A stretch of DNA of 64,000 nt from Vulcanimicrobiota bacterium (GCA_963786105.1 CAWAXX010000018.1:32001-96000), one strand, 5' to 3'. Shown: positions 47,772 through 58,976, counted from the first letter of the stretch. Notes: a model not told the origin generated them from the sequence alone. Made by a program: numbers and translations.

Positions 47772-50700
47772 GAGCCGATCGTCGCTTGCGCGGAGCGGTA
47801 CTCTTGGAGGCTCCGAGGCGGCCCCGCCGTGCTTGCGAGCGCCTCCGCCAGCGCTCGCGCCGTATCCAGACTGGTCAAACACGCAATACCCGCTTCGACC
47901 GCCGTGCGTCGAATCTTGTAGTTGTCGGAGATTTCGCGCGTCCCTTTGGCATCGTTGATGACCAAGTCGACGCTGCGCGAAGCGATGAGATCGATGACGT
48001 GAGGGGACCCATCGGCAATTTTGTTGACCGCCTGCGTCGGTATTCCCGAGGCTTGCAGCACGGCGCGCGTTCCCGGCGTCGCGACCAGCGTGTGCCCCAG
48101 CTCCGCGTAGCACCGCAGAATCGGCACCGACTCGCGTTTCTCCTCGTCGGCGATCGAGACGAGAATTCGTCCGCCGCTTCCCGGCAACCGCACGCCCGCG
48201 GCCACGAAGCCTTTGCGCAGCGCGCCCGCGAAGGTGGTATCGATACCGAGGACTTCGCCGGTCGACTTCATCTCCGGGCCGAGAATCGTTTCGACGCCGC
48301 GCATCTTCGAGAATGAGAAGACGGGAACTTTCACGACGACGTAGGGAACGTGCGGATGGATTCCCGTCCCGTATTCCATATCGCGGAGCTTTTCGCCGAG
48401 CGCGATGCGAGTGGCCGCGGCGACGATGTTGATACCGGTAGCCTTCTGAATGATCGGCACCGTGCGGCTCGCGCGCGGATTGGCTTCGATGATGTACAGC
48501 TGTCCGTCGTGCACGACGAACTGCATGTTGATCAGCCCGCGGATGCGGAGCTCGCGTGCGATCGCGTGCGTAACGCCGGCGATGCGCTGCTCCATCGCGG
48601 CGTCGATGGTCTGCGGCGGATAGACGCCGATCGAATCGCCCGAATGAATTCCCGCGCGCTCGACGTGCTCGAAGATCCCGGGGATCATGATGTCGTCCCC
48701 GTCGAACACCGCATCGACTTCGATTTCCAATCCGCGCAAATACTTGTCAACAAGCAGGGGCGCGTCGTCGAGAATCGGAGGTGCCGACTCCGCGTACGAC
48801 GCCAGCTGGCCCTCGTTATAGACGATCTCCATCGCGCGCCCGCCCAACACGAACGACGGACGAACCAGCACCGGGAAGCCGAGTTCGCGAGCGATGGCAC
48901 GCGCCTCGCGGAAGCTGCGCGCCGCCTTGCCTTGCGGACGCGCCACGCCCAGGCGCGCCAACGCCGCATCGAACTGCTCGCGATTTTCGGCCATGTCCAG
49001 CGAACTGCGATCGCTGCCGACGATCGGCACGCCGCGCGCGCTCAACTCTCCCGCAAGATTGATGGCGGTCTGGCCGCCGAAGGCGAGCATCACGCCGCGT
49101 GCGTGCGTCGCGCGATACGCGGCTTCGACCTCGTCGGCGCCTGGAGGCTCGAAAACGAGCACGTCGGAGACGTCGAAATCCGTCGAAACGGTCTCCGGAT
49201 TGTTGTTGACGACCACCGGGGACTTACCGGCGGCCTTGAGCGCCCAGGCCGCGTGCACGCAGCTGTAGTCGAACTCGATCCCTTGCCCGATTCGAATCGG
49301 GCCGCTGCCGACCACCACCACCGCCTCGTGAGGGGTCGGCCGCATTTCGTCGGCTTCGCCTCGCGAAAGGTAGTAGTACGGCGATTTCGCCGGAAACTCC
49401 GCGGCCGCGGTATCGACCATCCGAAAGGCCGGTTGCGGCCCGGTTGCCGCTCGAGCGCCGTCGCCGAACGCGCGCGTACCATATCCCCATTCGAGCGCTT
49501 GGGCGTAGTCGGCATCGTTCGGATGAGCGCGCAGACGCTCTTCCAACTCGACCATATCGGCCAGTTCGTCGAGCCAGAAGCGATCGATCGCGCTCGACTC
49601 GTGGATTCGATCGATGGCGGCTCGGCGTTCGTTGGACAGGTCGAGCGTGCCCGGATATAGCGCTCGCCTGAGCAGCTCGCAAACGGCGAAAATGCGCTCG
49701 TTGGTGGGGCGAGCAACGATTGCTTCGAGTTCCGCTTGGCTCCATTGCGTGAATGCCCCGGTAAGCGTCTCGCGCTTGAGGTCGAGACCGCGTACGGCTT
49801 TGAGCAGCGCTGCCCGGAACGTGCGCCCGATACCCATCGCCTCGCCGGTCGATTTCATCTGCGTGCCTAAGTGCGTGTCCGCGATCGGGAACTTGTCGAA
49901 CGGCCAACGGGGAATTTTTACGACGACGTAGTCGAGCGTCGGCTCGTACGCGGCTTTGGTGACGCCGGTAACCGGGTTGGGAATGCGGTCGAGAGTTTGA
50001 CCGAGCGCGATTCGCGTCGAGATCTTCGCGATTGGATACCCAGTGGCTTTCGAGGCGAGCGCGGAGCTCCGCGACACCCGCGGGTTCACTTCGATGATAG
50101 CGTATTCGCTGCGTTCGGGATGCAGCGCGAACTGAATGTTGCATCCACCCTGAACTTCGAGCGCGCGGACGACGTTGATGCTGGCGGTACGCAACATCTG
50201 ATATTCGACATCGGAAAGGGTCTGCGACGGAGCGACGACGATCGAGTCGCCGGTGTGCACGCCGACGGGATCGAGATTTTCCATGTTGCAGACGGTGATG
50301 CAGTTGCCGGCCGCGTCGCGCAGGACTTCGTATTCGATCTCTTTCCAACCGAGTAGCGACGTTTCCAGGAGGACCTGCCCGATCAGACTGGCGGCGAGAC
50401 CGGCATCCAGCGTCTCACGCAGCTCGCGCTCGTCGTAGGCTATGCCGCCCCCTGTGCCGCCAAGCGTGTACGCCGGCCGGACGACGAGCGGGAAGCCGGT
50501 TTTGCGCGCGAACGCCATGCCTTGCTCGATTTGGGTGACGATGGCGCTCTCGGGGACGGGTTCCCCGATCTCCTGCATTTTGCGTTTGAAGCGGTCGCGA
50601 TCTTCGGCGAGCTTGATCGTCTCTACCGGAGTGCCGAGCAACTCGATGCCGTATCGTTCGAGAACTCCGGCTTCGTGAAGTTCCACCGCGAGATTCAGTC

Positions 50701-50971
50701 CGGTTTGACCGCCGAGCGTCGGCAGGAGCGCGTCGGGTCGCTCGCGCGCGATGATTTGTTCCACCGAGGCTACCGTCAACGGCTCGAGGTAGACCGCATC
50801 GGCCACCTCAGGATCGGTCATGATGGTTGCAGGGTTCGAGTTGACGAGAACGGCGCGATGGCCTTCTTCGCGCAACGCGCGGCACGCCTGAACCCCGGCG
50901 TAGTCGAACTCGGCAGCCTGACCGATGACGATCGGTCCCGAACCGATGACCATCACGTTCCGGCGGGGCAT
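47768..50971 (-). CDS. carB: Carbamoyl-phosphate synthase large subunit
   Basis: [26 protein letters not shown], duplicated ATP-grasp halves, C-terminal MGS domain. Confidence 0.97.
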   Translation of the reverse strand: MPRRNVMVIGSGPIVIGQAAEFDYAGVQACRALREEGHRAVLVNSNPATIMTDPEVADAVYLEPLTVASVEQIIARERPDALLPTLGGQTGLNLAVELHEAGVLERYGIELLGTPVETIKLAEDRDRFKRKMQEIGEPVPESAIVTQIEQGMAFARKTGFPLVVRPAYTLGGTGGGIAYDERELRETLDAGLAASLIGQVLLETSLLGWKEIEYEVLRDAAGNCITVCNMENLDPVGVHTGDSIVVAPSQTLSDVEYQMLRTASINVVRALEVQGGCNIQFALHPERSEYAIIEVNPRVSRSSALASKATGYPIAKISTRIALGQTLDRIPNPVTGVTKAAYEPTLDYVVVKIPRWPFDKFPIADTHLGTQMKSTGEAMGIGRTFRAALLKAVRGLDLKRETLTGAFTQWSQAELEAIVARPTNERIFAVCELLRRALYPGTLDLSNERRAAIDRIHESSAIDRFWLDELADMVELEERLRAHPNDADYAQALEWGYGTRAFGDGARAATGPQPAFRMVDTAAAEFPAKSPYYYLSRGEADEMRPTPHEAVVVVGSGPIRIGQGIEFDYSCVHAAWALKAAGKSPVVVNNNPETVSTDFDVSDVLVFEPPGADEVEAAYRATHARGVMLAFGGQTAINLAGELSARGVPIVGSDRSSLDMAENREQFDAALARLGVARPQGKAARSFREARAIARELGFPVLVRPSFVLGGRAMEIVYNEGQLASYAESAPPILDDAPLLVDKYLRGLEIEVDAVFDGDDIMIPGIFEHVERAGIHSGDSIGVYPPQTIDAAMEQRIAGVTHAIARELRIRGLINMQFVVHDGQLYIIEANPRASRTVPIIQKATGINIVAAATRIALGEKLRDMEYGTGIHPHVPYVVVKVPVFSFSKMRGVETILGPEMKSTGEVLGIDTTFAGALRKGFVAAGVRLPGSGGRILVSIADEEKRESVPILRCYAELGHTLVATPGTRAVLQASGIPTQAVNKIADGSPHVIDLIASRSVDLVINDAKGTREISDNYKIRRTAVEAGIACLTSLDTARALAEALASTAGPPRSLQEYRSAQATIGS

Positions 50972-51029
50972 GCTCGGGCCGCTCTATTGGCCTGTGCAAG
51001 CCCGGAGTCCTGGAAAGCGTGGAGTACCG

Positions 51030-51620
51030 TTAGGGTTGGAGTCTCGACACGTCCCAACCGGCACCGTCGCGAACGTACTCAAAACGATCGTGCATCCGAT
51101 TGGGACGGCCCTGCCAGAACTCGAAACGCGACGGCTTCAGGAGATATCCACCCCACGAATGCGGTCTCGGCACGGCGTCGCCGGCAAAGCGCTGATCGAA
51201 ATGTGCGAACCGATCTTCTAGTACCTCACGCGCCTCGACCGGCTCGCTCTGTTCCGAGGCCCAAGCGGCGAGCTGATGGCCGCGCGGTCGCGACGCGAAA
51301 TATTCGTCGGATTCGTCCTCCGAAAGCATCTCCGCGATGCCCTCGACGCGCACCTGACGCGCGAGCGGCGGCCAATGGAACAGCGCCGCCGCATTCGGGT
51401 TCTCCGCAAGCTCTCGGCCTTTGCGGCTGAAGTACGACGTGTAGAATCGCAGTCCGCGGTCGTCGAGTCCGCGCAGCAAGACGATGCGCGCCGACGGGCC
51501 TCCGGCGGAGTTCGCCGTCGCCAGGCTCATGCTCGTGGGCTCCTTGATCCCGGATTCGGTGGCGTCGTCGATCCAGCGTTGCAACCGGCGGATGGGATCG
51601 GCGTCGAGCGATACCTGCAC
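51030..51620 (-). CDS. pdxH: Pyridoxamine 5'-phosphate oxidase
   Basis: PSARIVLL, SRKG, RQVRVEG, YFASRP, EFWQGR..R.HDR. Confidence 0.94.
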   Translation of the reverse strand: MQVSLDADPIRRLQRWIDDATESGIKEPTSMSLATANSAGGPSARIVLLRGLDDRGLRFYTSYFSRKGRELAENPNAAALFHWPPLARQVRVEGIAEMLSEDESDEYFASRPRGHQLAAWASEQSEPVEAREVLEDRFAHFDQRFAGDAVPRPHSWGGYLLKPSRFEFWQGRPNRMHDRFEYVRDGAGWDVSRLQP

Positions 51621-51677
51621 GCGGCGGTCATGCGTGCCTCGACCCCATCCGACCTCCCTTAGCCGAATGAGGCTTGG

Positions 51678-52079
51678 CTAGCCCGAAGCGGCGTGCAACG
51701 CAGCGCGCGCGAGCGCGATTCCGGCAGCGGCCGCCGAAATTCCGAGGATCACGCTGCCCGCGCAGTACGCTAACGCGAGGCCGGCAGCGCCATCCGACAC
51801 GAGCGTCAGCACGTCGAAGCTGAAGGTTGAAAACGTCGTGAATCCGCCGAGTACGCCAACCATGACGAACGTGCCGAGCAGCGGTGAAACGCCGGTGCTG
51901 GACTGCGCGTACGCCGCGACCGCGCCGATGAGAAACGAGCCGATGACGTTAATCGCGACGGTATGCCACGGGAACCCCGGGCCAACTCGATCCACCATCC
52001 AGATCGTCACGGCGTAGCGAAGCATCGAGCCGACGGCTCCGCCCGCTCCGACGGCCAGGAACGCCAGCAACGGCCTCAC
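51678..52079 (-). CDS. crcB: Fluoride channel FluC/CrcB
   Basis: GGAVGSMLRY, FPW.T...N..GSF, G.LGGFTTFSTF. Confidence 0.94.
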   Translation of the reverse strand: MRPLLAFLAVGAGGAVGSMLRYAVTIWMVDRVGPGFPWHTVAINVIGSFLIGAVAAYAQSSTGVSPLLGTFVMVGVLGGFTTFSTFSFDVLTLVSDGAAGLALAYCAGSVILGISAAAAGIALARAALHAASG

Positions 52080-52417
52080 TTCGGCGCGCCCGCTTTGTAA
52101 GCGATCACATCGATCTTTTCCAGCGTCACCAGTCCCTCGGCAACCATCGTGTCGAGCGTGGGAAGGAAGGCCGCAACCTTTTCTTCCGAATCGACGAGTT
52201 CGATGACGATAGGCAAGTCGGAAGATAGATCCACGATACGCGCGGCGTGAACCACCGAGTGCGCGCCGAAGCCCAAAACTCCCTTAAATACGGTCGCGCC
52301 CGCCAACCCGGCTTTTCGCATCTCTTCAACGATGGCGACGTACAGCGGCTGACCTTTCCAGCGATCCGATTCTCCGAGGAATATTCGTACGAGTTTAGCG
52401 GTGCCTTCGATCTTCAT
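52076..52417 (-). CDS. DUF190 PII-like protein
   Basis: RIFLGESD, G.AGATV.KG..GFG, LSSDLPIVIE.VD; usual crcB neighbour. Confidence 0.9.
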   Translation of the reverse strand: MKIEGTAKLVRIFLGESDRWKGQPLYVAIVEEMRKAGLAGATVFKGVLGFGAHSVVHAARIVDLSSDLPIVIELVDSEEKVAAFLPTLDTMVAEGLVTLEKIDVIAYKAGAPK

Positions 52418-52510
52418 ACCGTGCCCTTCTTACCCGCCGCGCGTTGCCCCGCCCGGCGTTGGGGACGTTCGCTGCAGGAAGACGAGCTGCTCGCCGTTCA
52501 TTCCATCCGG

Positions 52511-52987
52511 GTGCGTCGACGGCAGGCCTTCTTCCTCACGCTGTGGCGGCTCGCCGTCGCGCTGCAGTCTGCCGCGGTGGTTACCGCCTGCGCTCCGCAC
52601 GTGGCATTTGCCCTGTCGAAGGCCGACCAAGCTCGCTTTGGGGACCGCGTCCTTCGGGTTTCCGTGCCGGGTCGCGACCCGATGATTTTTGGTCTGAACA
52701 ACTGTGTCGCGTACAAGGCGCAAACCGCGCACGCCGACATCGTCGGATGGAACGTGGTCCTGGCGTCCGACTGGGGCCAGTCGAGCTACCCGAAATGGGC
52801 GACGGCCTGTACCTCACAACACATAACGTACGACGGCAAATACGTGATCGTCAGTTTTTGTGCCCAAGCCTTCGGCGCGGGAGGCGGCTGCGCGGGCGGT
52901 AACGGAACCTACCGCAGCCGAAGCGGCGATGCTGTGGGCTGGCAAATCAAAACCGGTGCCGGTTGGATCGCCCTGCCCCGAACATAA
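52511..52987 (+). CDS. Hypothetical Cys-containing secreted protein or lipoprotein
   Basis: GTG 52511 inferred as start; basic N-terminus, hydrophobic stretch and VTAC; four further Cys. Confidence 0.55.
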   Translation: MRRRQAFFLTLWRLAVALQSAAVVTACAPHVAFALSKADQARFGDRVLRVSVPGRDPMIFGLNNCVAYKAQTAHADIVGWNVVLASDWGQSSYPKWATACTSQHITYDGKYVIVSFCAQAFGAGGGCAGGNGTYRSRSGDAVGWQIKTGAGWIALPRT

Positions 52988-53006
52988 TCGAGCGCTCGCT
53001 CAATTT

Positions 53007-53927
53007 TCACGGATATCGACCGATGCCGAATCCCACCAGAAACGCCGTTAGCATCCCCAACGCACCGGCGACCGCAAACTCGAGCGACGCGTCGATCGTC
53101 TTACGTTCGAGCGCCGTGATTCGTCCGAGTCGCGCGAGGGCGTCTTGCAACTCGGTTGCATTCTCTGCGCGCGCGTACGCACCGCCGCTTGCATTTGCAT
53201 ACGACCGCAGGGCGTCTTCGTCGATCGTCGCCTCGTCGCTGGTACCGGGAATCAAGCCGCCGTTGGGCGTTCCGATGCCCACCGTATAGACGGGAACTCG
53301 ATGCGCGCCCAGCCACTGCGCGATTTCCGCCGGATCGACGCCCGCGTTGTTCACTCCGTCGGTGATCAGGATGACGACGCGGTGACCGGTGGCCGGCAAG
53401 TTCTCCGCGGCCAACTTGAGTGCGTCGCCGATGGCGGTCGCTCCGTTGGGCAACGGGACTTCGTCTAACGCCGACTCGACTTGCGGGTGATCGGCGCTGA
53501 GCGGCTGGACGATTCCGGCGGTTCCCGAAAATGCGACGATGCCGATCTTCGTGCCCGGCGGCGTCTCGTCGATGAAGGCCCGGGCGGCCGCCTTGGCTGC
53601 CTGCGCGCGCGTTGGCATGACGTCGGTCGAGGCCATCGATCCCGAGGTGTCGATACAAATGAAAACGCTCCCGTCGCGTGCCGGCACCGGCACCGTGAGG
53701 TGCGGACCGGAGATTGCCGCCAGCACGGCCGCCACCGCGACGATCCAGAGGGCTTGCAGTGCGCGCGGCACCCAGGCGCGCGGTTTAACGGCGGCGGCGA
53801 AGAAATCGATGTTGGAATACGCGAGATCGCGGGCCGTCGTGCGGCGCTGCAGACGGTCGTACGCTATGGCAAAGCCGATCGCAAGAGCCAGACCGAGCGC
53901 GAGCCAGAGCGGACGATCGAAACTCAT
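53007..53927 (-). CDS. VWA-domain membrane protein (BatA-like)
   Basis: DTSGSM MIDAS motif, TAIGDAL, LITDG, VYTVGIG; N- and C-terminal TM segments. Confidence 0.9.
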   Translation of the reverse strand: MSFDRPLWLALGLALAIGFAIAYDRLQRRTTARDLAYSNIDFFAAAVKPRAWVPRALQALWIVAVAAVLAAISGPHLTVPVPARDGSVFICIDTSGSMASTDVMPTRAQAAKAAARAFIDETPPGTKIGIVAFSGTAGIVQPLSADHPQVESALDEVPLPNGATAIGDALKLAAENLPATGHRVVILITDGVNNAGVDPAEIAQWLGAHRVPVYTVGIGTPNGGLIPGTSDEATIDEDALRSYANASGGAYARAENATELQDALARLGRITALERKTIDASLEFAVAGALGMLTAFLVGFGIGRYP

Positions 53928-54754
53928 CGCAAGTGCACTTCACCGGGCCGTAAGCCGAAGGCGGCTCCCAGCGACCCTGCGCCGTCATGCTCGTGAAGAA
54001 TCCCGGTACGCCAATTCGTCCTTGCAAACTCCGACACCAACGTCTCTTCGCGTTCTCGAACCGCGCACCGGTACGCGTCGCGTTCGCGCCGGCCGACATA
54101 CGCGCGCAGCCGGCCGCCTTCCGCACCGCGCAATCGGACGAGGCCCGCGAGCGGAAGTTCGTCGTACCAAGGATCGCGCGCGATCAGTGCCGTGCAGTCG
54201 AAGCGCGCCCCCAGGTCCGCAAGCAGGGGCTCGTGTTGAACAGAGAGGTCGTACCAATCGCTGACGGCCAGCAGCGCGGTACCGCGCGGCAGGGCTCCGC
54301 GCGCGGTTCCCAACGCTCGCCCCGCGTCGAACGGCGTGGCCGCCAGATCGCCAATCGAGGCGAGCACCGCGTGGGCGTTTCGCTGCAATGCCGCCGGGGT
54401 GACGGCGTCGGCAGCGACGTGCATGCACCGGTCGTCCGTCGTGGCCGCACCGAACCACGCGCCTATGGCTTCGCGCGCCGCCGAGAAAAGCGGACGCCGG
54501 CGTCCGACGTGCATCGACGGCGAGGCGTCCACGACGGCGGCGAGCGTCAGCGCGACGTCTTCGAGAATCACTCGCGTCTGCAAGTCACCCGATCGCGCCG
54601 TCGCCGCCCAATCGATGCGCCGGACGTCGTCGCCGGGCACGTACGAGCGAAGCTCGACGAACTCATAACCGTCGCCGCGATAGACCGTCGGCGAGCCCGC
54701 ACCGAGATTATGCGGCCGGCGCCTCGCTCGCAGCAGCGCATCGCGTATCGTCAC
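53924..54754 (-). CDS. DUF58 protein
   Basis: G.EF.ELR.Y.PGDDVRRIDWAATAR, D.S.SM, SD. Confidence 0.9.
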   Translation of the reverse strand: MTIRDALLRARRRPHNLGAGSPTVYRGDGYEFVELRSYVPGDDVRRIDWAATARSGDLQTRVILEDVALTLAAVVDASPSMHVGRRRPLFSAAREAIGAWFGAATTDDRCMHVAADAVTPAALQRNAHAVLASIGDLAATPFDAGRALGTARGALPRGTALLAVSDWYDLSVQHEPLLADLGARFDCTALIARDPWYDELPLAGLVRLRGAEGGRLRAYVGRRERDAYRCAVREREETLVSEFARTNWRTGILHEHDGAGSLGAAFGLRPGEVHLR

Positions 54755-54776
54755 GTCACGAAGCGCACCGGTTGGC

Positions 54777-55748
54777 TCACGGTGCCGGAACGGCGGCGAT
54801 CAACGCATCGATCGCCCGATCGGCGCTTACGCCGGCGGTAGCGAGCCGGTAGTTGAAGCCGATGCGATGGCGCAGCGCGTGCGGCGCTACCGCCCGCACG
54901 TCGTCGGGAAGCGCAAAGTCGCGATCGTCGAGGAGCGCCCGCGCGCGCGACAGATAGGCGAGCGCCAACGTTGCGCGAGGACTCGCGCCATAGTCGATCA
55001 GGTCGCCGGCCGGCAGCGGCGCGCCCGCGTCCGAGGCGACCTTGACGCGCTGCGCTTCGCGCGTGATCGCGACCAACTCGACGATGTAGCGTTTTAACTT
55101 GTCGTCGAGATGCACCGCGTGTGCCTGCGCGCGCCAAGCGCGAACGTCGTCGAGGGTGGCGACGTGGTGGAGCGGCTGCGTATCGGCGATCGCGAACCGA
55201 TCGAGGATTTGCAGTTCTTCGTCACGCGTCGGATAGCCGACGTTGACTTTCATGAGGAAGCGGTCCATCTGGGCGATCGGCAGCGCATAGGTGCCCTCGG
55301 AATCGAGCGGATTCATCGTCGCCATGACGACGAACGGATCCGGCAGCGCATGGGTTTGGAGCCCAATGGTCACTTGGCGCTCCTGCATCGCTTCGAGGAG
55401 CGCCGATTGCACTTTTGCAGGCGCCCGGTTGATTTCGTCGGCGAGCACGACGTTGGCGAAAATGGGGCCCAAGACGGTCGTGAACGTGCTCTCGTGCTGA
55501 TCGAAGATACGCGTTCCCACGATGTCGCTCGGCAGCAGGTCGGGCGTAAACTGGATGCGTTTGAACACACCGTCCAAGCCGGCCGCCAGCGAGCGGCACG
55601 CCAGGGTTTTCGCCAATCCCGGCGGCCCTTCGAGCAAGACGTGGCCGTTTGAAAGTAATGCGAGGATAAGTGCCTCGACGACGCCGCGTTGACCGACGAT
55701 TGTTTGCGAGAGCGCCGCGCTCAAGTCGGCCGGCCTGCGCGCCGTCAT
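54777..55748 (-). CDS. MoxR-family AAA+ ATPase
   Basis: GHVLLEGPPGLAKT, RIQFTPDLLPSD, DEINRAPAKVQSALLEAMQE, GASPR. Confidence 0.95.
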   Translation of the reverse strand: MTARRPADLSAALSQTIVGQRGVVEALILALLSNGHVLLEGPPGLAKTLACRSLAAGLDGVFKRIQFTPDLLPSDIVGTRIFDQHESTFTTVLGPIFANVVLADEINRAPAKVQSALLEAMQERQVTIGLQTHALPDPFVVMATMNPLDSEGTYALPIAQMDRFLMKVNVGYPTRDEELQILDRFAIADTQPLHHVATLDDVRAWRAQAHAVHLDDKLKRYIVELVAITREAQRVKVASDAGAPLPAGDLIDYGASPRATLALAYLSRARALLDDRDFALPDDVRAVAPHALRHRIGFNYRLATAGVSADRAIDALIAAVPAP

Positions 55749-56641
55749 CCGGCGTACCGTTCAAGCATATCGCAGGCGGCGTCGATCGCCACGGTCAGAT
55801 CGCCGTCGTAGGTGAACGCCGCGCGCTCGAGCGAGCGCAGCAGCTCGCGTATCGCTGGACTCTCTGCCTCCGGTCGTTGCAGCACGTCGGCCAGCGTTTC
55901 GCCCTCGGACGCACCGACCATGCGCCACGTGACCGCCCGCACGCGCACGGCCGTCGCCCGCGTGCGTTCGGCCCGTAAGACGGTCAGCGCGTCCAGCAAC
56001 TCGTCGCGATGCGATCGCGGCTGGAGGACCGGCGGCAGCGGCGCGGGCACGGGAGGCGCCGGTCGAACCGCCGCCGGCGGCGCCGGCCCGCGCCGGAAGA
56101 TCAACGCCACCACCACCGCCGCGCACGCCAGCCCGCCGATCCACAGCGCGAGCCGTAATGCGAACTGCGCGACGCTCGTCAGCGGATTTTCGCCGCCCGG
56201 CAACGGCACCGAACTTCCGGTGACGGTCAGCGTAAGCCCGTTGGTCGAGTACTGTTTCGGGCGACGGTCGCGTGCGTCGACGGCCTGCAATACCGCGGGC
56301 CCAATCGCCAGCGTCCCGGCGTGATGCGCGATGACGGCGATCGTCTCGCGATACGTCGTTCCCGCCGGCCCGCTTTCCAGCCGGCGCTCGTCGCCGCGCA
56401 ACTCGAGCTCGGCCAGAATCGGAAGCTCGAGGTTTTCGACGGTCGTAACGCGCTCGCGTACGCGTAGGACGACGATCAGGTGAAACGGCACGTCAACCTG
56501 CGGTTTGTCGGTATCGGTATTCAGCGCGAACGACTGAACGGTCAAGCGCTGGAGCGCCTGTGCGTGCCCGGTGGCCCGGGCTGCCAGCGCGATCGCCGCG
56601 AGCGCGATTAGCGCTGCGGCAAGCCGGCGGATTGGAACCAC
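55745..56641 (-). CDS. BatD-like membrane/secreted protein of the MoxR cluster
   Basis: Signal peptide, beta-rich domain, TM helix, Pro-rich linker; operon position. Confidence 0.6.
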   Translation of the reverse strand: MVPIRRLAAALIALAAIALAARATGHAQALQRLTVQSFALNTDTDKPQVDVPFHLIVVLRVRERVTTVENLELPILAELELRGDERRLESGPAGTTYRETIAVIAHHAGTLAIGPAVLQAVDARDRRPKQYSTNGLTLTVTGSSVPLPGGENPLTSVAQFALRLALWIGGLACAAVVVALIFRRGPAPPAAVRPAPPVPAPLPPVLQPRSHRDELLDALTVLRAERTRATAVRVRAVTWRMVGASEGETLADVLQRPEAESPAIRELLRSLERAAFTYDGDLTVAIDAACDMLERYAG

Positions 56642-57702
56642 TCTGCGAACAGCCGGCGCGCATCAAACGGCCCCGGTGAGGCTTCGGGATGAAACTGTAC
56701 GGCGGCAATCGGCCGCGCGCGGTGACGAAAGCCTTCGTTGGTTCCGTCGTTGAGATTGGTCATGGTGGGCTCCAACTCGGCCGGAAGCGAATACGCGTCG
56801 ACGGCGTAGCCGTGATTGTGCGCGGTGATGATCACGTCGCCGCTGGCGAGTTCCTTCACCGGTTGGTTCCCGCCGCGGTGGCCGTAGGGCAGTTTGTACG
56901 TACGCGCCCCGTGAGCCAGCGCGAGCAGTTGGTGACCCAGGCAGACCCCGAAAACCGGTTTGCGCTCGGACAATCCGCGCAGCGTCTCGACGGTTTGCGG
57001 CAAGTCGGTAGGGTCGCCCGGTCCGGGAGAAACGACGATCGCGTCGGGACCCTCGGCCAGCACTTCTTCCGCCGTGACGTCGTAGGGCAATACCGTTATT
57101 TGAGCGCCGAGGGCCTGGAGTTCGCGAAGAACTGCCCGCTTCACGCCGCAGTCGATCAGGACGACGCGCGCCCCCGCCGGCGACCCTTCGAGCACGGTTC
57201 GACGCGCCGTTGCGACGCTTGCGACCAAACCTTTCGTCGTCGCGGTGCGAACGAATTCCACTAGCTCGCGTTCGGCGGTCTTCAGCGCCTCGCTGCCGGA
57301 CGCGAGCGCGGCCCAGATCGTCCCGTGTTCGCGCAGGGCGATCGTGATGGCGCGCGTATCCGCTCCGACGAGCGTTGGAACGTTTTGCGCGTCGAGCCAC
57401 GCCGGCAAATCGGTGTACGCGAGATGATGCGACGGGTGGTAGGCGATCTGCTTGATCACCGCACCGGCGACGCAGGCCCGCGAATACTGTGCCGCCGCGC
57501 CCGAAATGCCGTAGTTTCCGACCATCGGATAGGTGAAGGTGAGAATCTGGCCCGCATACGACGGATCGGTTAGGGCTTCTTCGTAGCCGGTCATACCCGT
57601 GAAAAAGACCGCTTCACCGAGTGCCGTGCCGGCAAAGCCGAGCCCGTACCCGTCGAAACGGCTACCGTCCGCAAGAAACAGTGCGGCCGAGGGCGGCGTC
57701 AC
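56608..57702 (-). CDS. carA: Carbamoyl-phosphate synthase small subunit
   Basis: TGMTGY.E.LTDPSY.GQ, SPGPGDP, GVCLGHQ, VQFHPEASPGP; GTGA overlap with pyrC. Confidence 0.95.
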   Translation of the reverse strand: MTPPSAALFLADGSRFDGYGLGFAGTALGEAVFFTGMTGYEEALTDPSYAGQILTFTYPMVGNYGISGAAAQYSRACVAGAVIKQIAYHPSHHLAYTDLPAWLDAQNVPTLVGADTRAITIALREHGTIWAALASGSEALKTAERELVEFVRTATTKGLVASVATARRTVLEGSPAGARVVLIDCGVKRAVLRELQALGAQITVLPYDVTAEEVLAEGPDAIVVSPGPGDPTDLPQTVETLRGLSERKPVFGVCLGHQLLALAHGARTYKLPYGHRGGNQPVKELASGDVIITAHNHGYAVDAYSLPAELEPTMTNLNDGTNEGFRHRARPIAAVQFHPEASPGPFDARRLFAEWFQSAGLPQR

Positions 57703-58976
57703 GTTTGGGCGTACGCCACAGCACCGCCGACGATCGTCGCAACCACGCAGCGGGGAAGAGTTCGTCCCGAAAAGGGCGTCGAGCGCCCTTTGGAAGCAAA
57801 GCGCGCGGGATCGACCACCCACTCGCGCTCGGCAAAAACGCTCACGTCACCCGGCGAACCGACGGCGAGCGTGCCGCCGGCGACGCCGAGGATGCGTGCG
57901 GGGTTGGTCGACAGCAGTTCCACGAAGCGCAGCATGGGCAAACCGGGAACGGCGGCTGCATACGCGCCGACGGCGATCTCTAAGCCGCTGAATCCGACGG
58001 ACGCGTGAGGAAGTGCGGCGGATTTTTCATCGGAAGTATGCGGCGCGTGGTCGGTCGCGAAGACGTCGATGGTTCCGTCGCGTACGCCGTCGCGCAGTGC
58101 GCGCACGTCGTCGCCGGTACGCAACGGCGGATTGACCTTGGCGCTACCGCCGAGCTCGCGCACGGCTTCGTCGGTGAACGTCAAATGGTGCGGCGTCACC
58201 TCACACGTTGCGCGGATGCCGCGCGCTCGCGCGTGCAGCATCAGGCCGAGCGCCGCAGCCGTCGAGAGATGCGCGACGTGCCAGCCTTTGCCGGTATCGC
58301 CGGCAATGAGCAGGTCGCGCGCGACGATGACGTCCTCGGCAATCGCCGGGCTTCCGGGCACGCCCAACGCCCGCGACACGGCGCCTTCGTTCATGACGCC
58401 GTCGCCCTTCAGCGCGTCGTCCTCACAGTGAGAAATGAAGGGGCCGTCGACGTCGAGTGCCGCCAAAGCCGCGTCACGTAACATACGGGCGTTAGCGACG
58501 GTGTTGCCGTCGTCCGAAAACGCCACCGCTCCCGCGCGTGCAAGCGCGGCGAAATCGCAACGTTCGACCCCGAGACGGCCGCGCGTGATCGCCGCGACCG
58601 GATACACCGCACAGCGCGCGTTGGCGGAAACGTTCTGCAGCAGTTCGTTCAGCGCGCGCGGGTCGTCCAGTGCCGGCTGCGTATTCGGCATGCACGCGAC
58701 CCCGGTGAATCCGCCTCGTACGGCCGCCTCGGTCCCGGTAGCAATCGTCTCCTTTTCGGAAAATCCCGGCTCTCGCAAATGCACGTGCATATCGATGAAT
58801 CCGGGAGCGACGATGGCGTTGGAAGCATCGAGCACCGCTTCTCCCTCGCGCGCATCGAGCCGCTCGCCGATTTCATAGACGATGCCGCCGGTGATGCGCA
58901 CGTCGCGCAACGCGTCCAACGCCAGCGACGGATCGACCAGCCGGCCGCCCTTAATCAGCACGCTGCCGCGATTCAT
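57699..58976 (-). CDS. pyrC: Dihydroorotase
   Basis: DMHVHLREPG, MPNT, HCED, CEVTPHH, KVNPPLR, ATDHAPH. Confidence 0.96.
   Translation of the reverse strand: MNRGSVLIKGGRLVDPSLALDALRDVRITGGIVYEIGERLDAREGEAVLDASNAIVAPGFIDMHVHLREPGFSEKETIATGTEAAVRGGFTGVACMPNTQPALDDPRALNELLQNVSANARCAVYPVAAITRGRLGVERCDFAALARAGAVAFSDDGNTVANARMLRDAALAALDVDGPFISHCEDDALKGDGVMNEGAVSRALGVPGSPAIAEDVIVARDLLIAGDTGKGWHVAHLSTAAALGLMLHARARGIRATCEVTPHHLTFTDEAVRELGGSAKVNPPLRTGDDVRALRDGVRDGTIDVFATDHAPHTSDEKSAALPHASVGFSGLEIAVGAYAAAVPGLPMLRFVELLSTNPARILGVAGGTLAVGSPGDVSVFAEREWVVDPARFASKGRSTPFSGRTLPRCVVATIVGGAVAYAQT

Noticed and set aside
52418..52520. Fluoride riboswitch upstream of DUF190-crcB
   Set aside because: Only a GATGG fragment is present; the paired stem and the GCTGATGAC-like 3' block are absent
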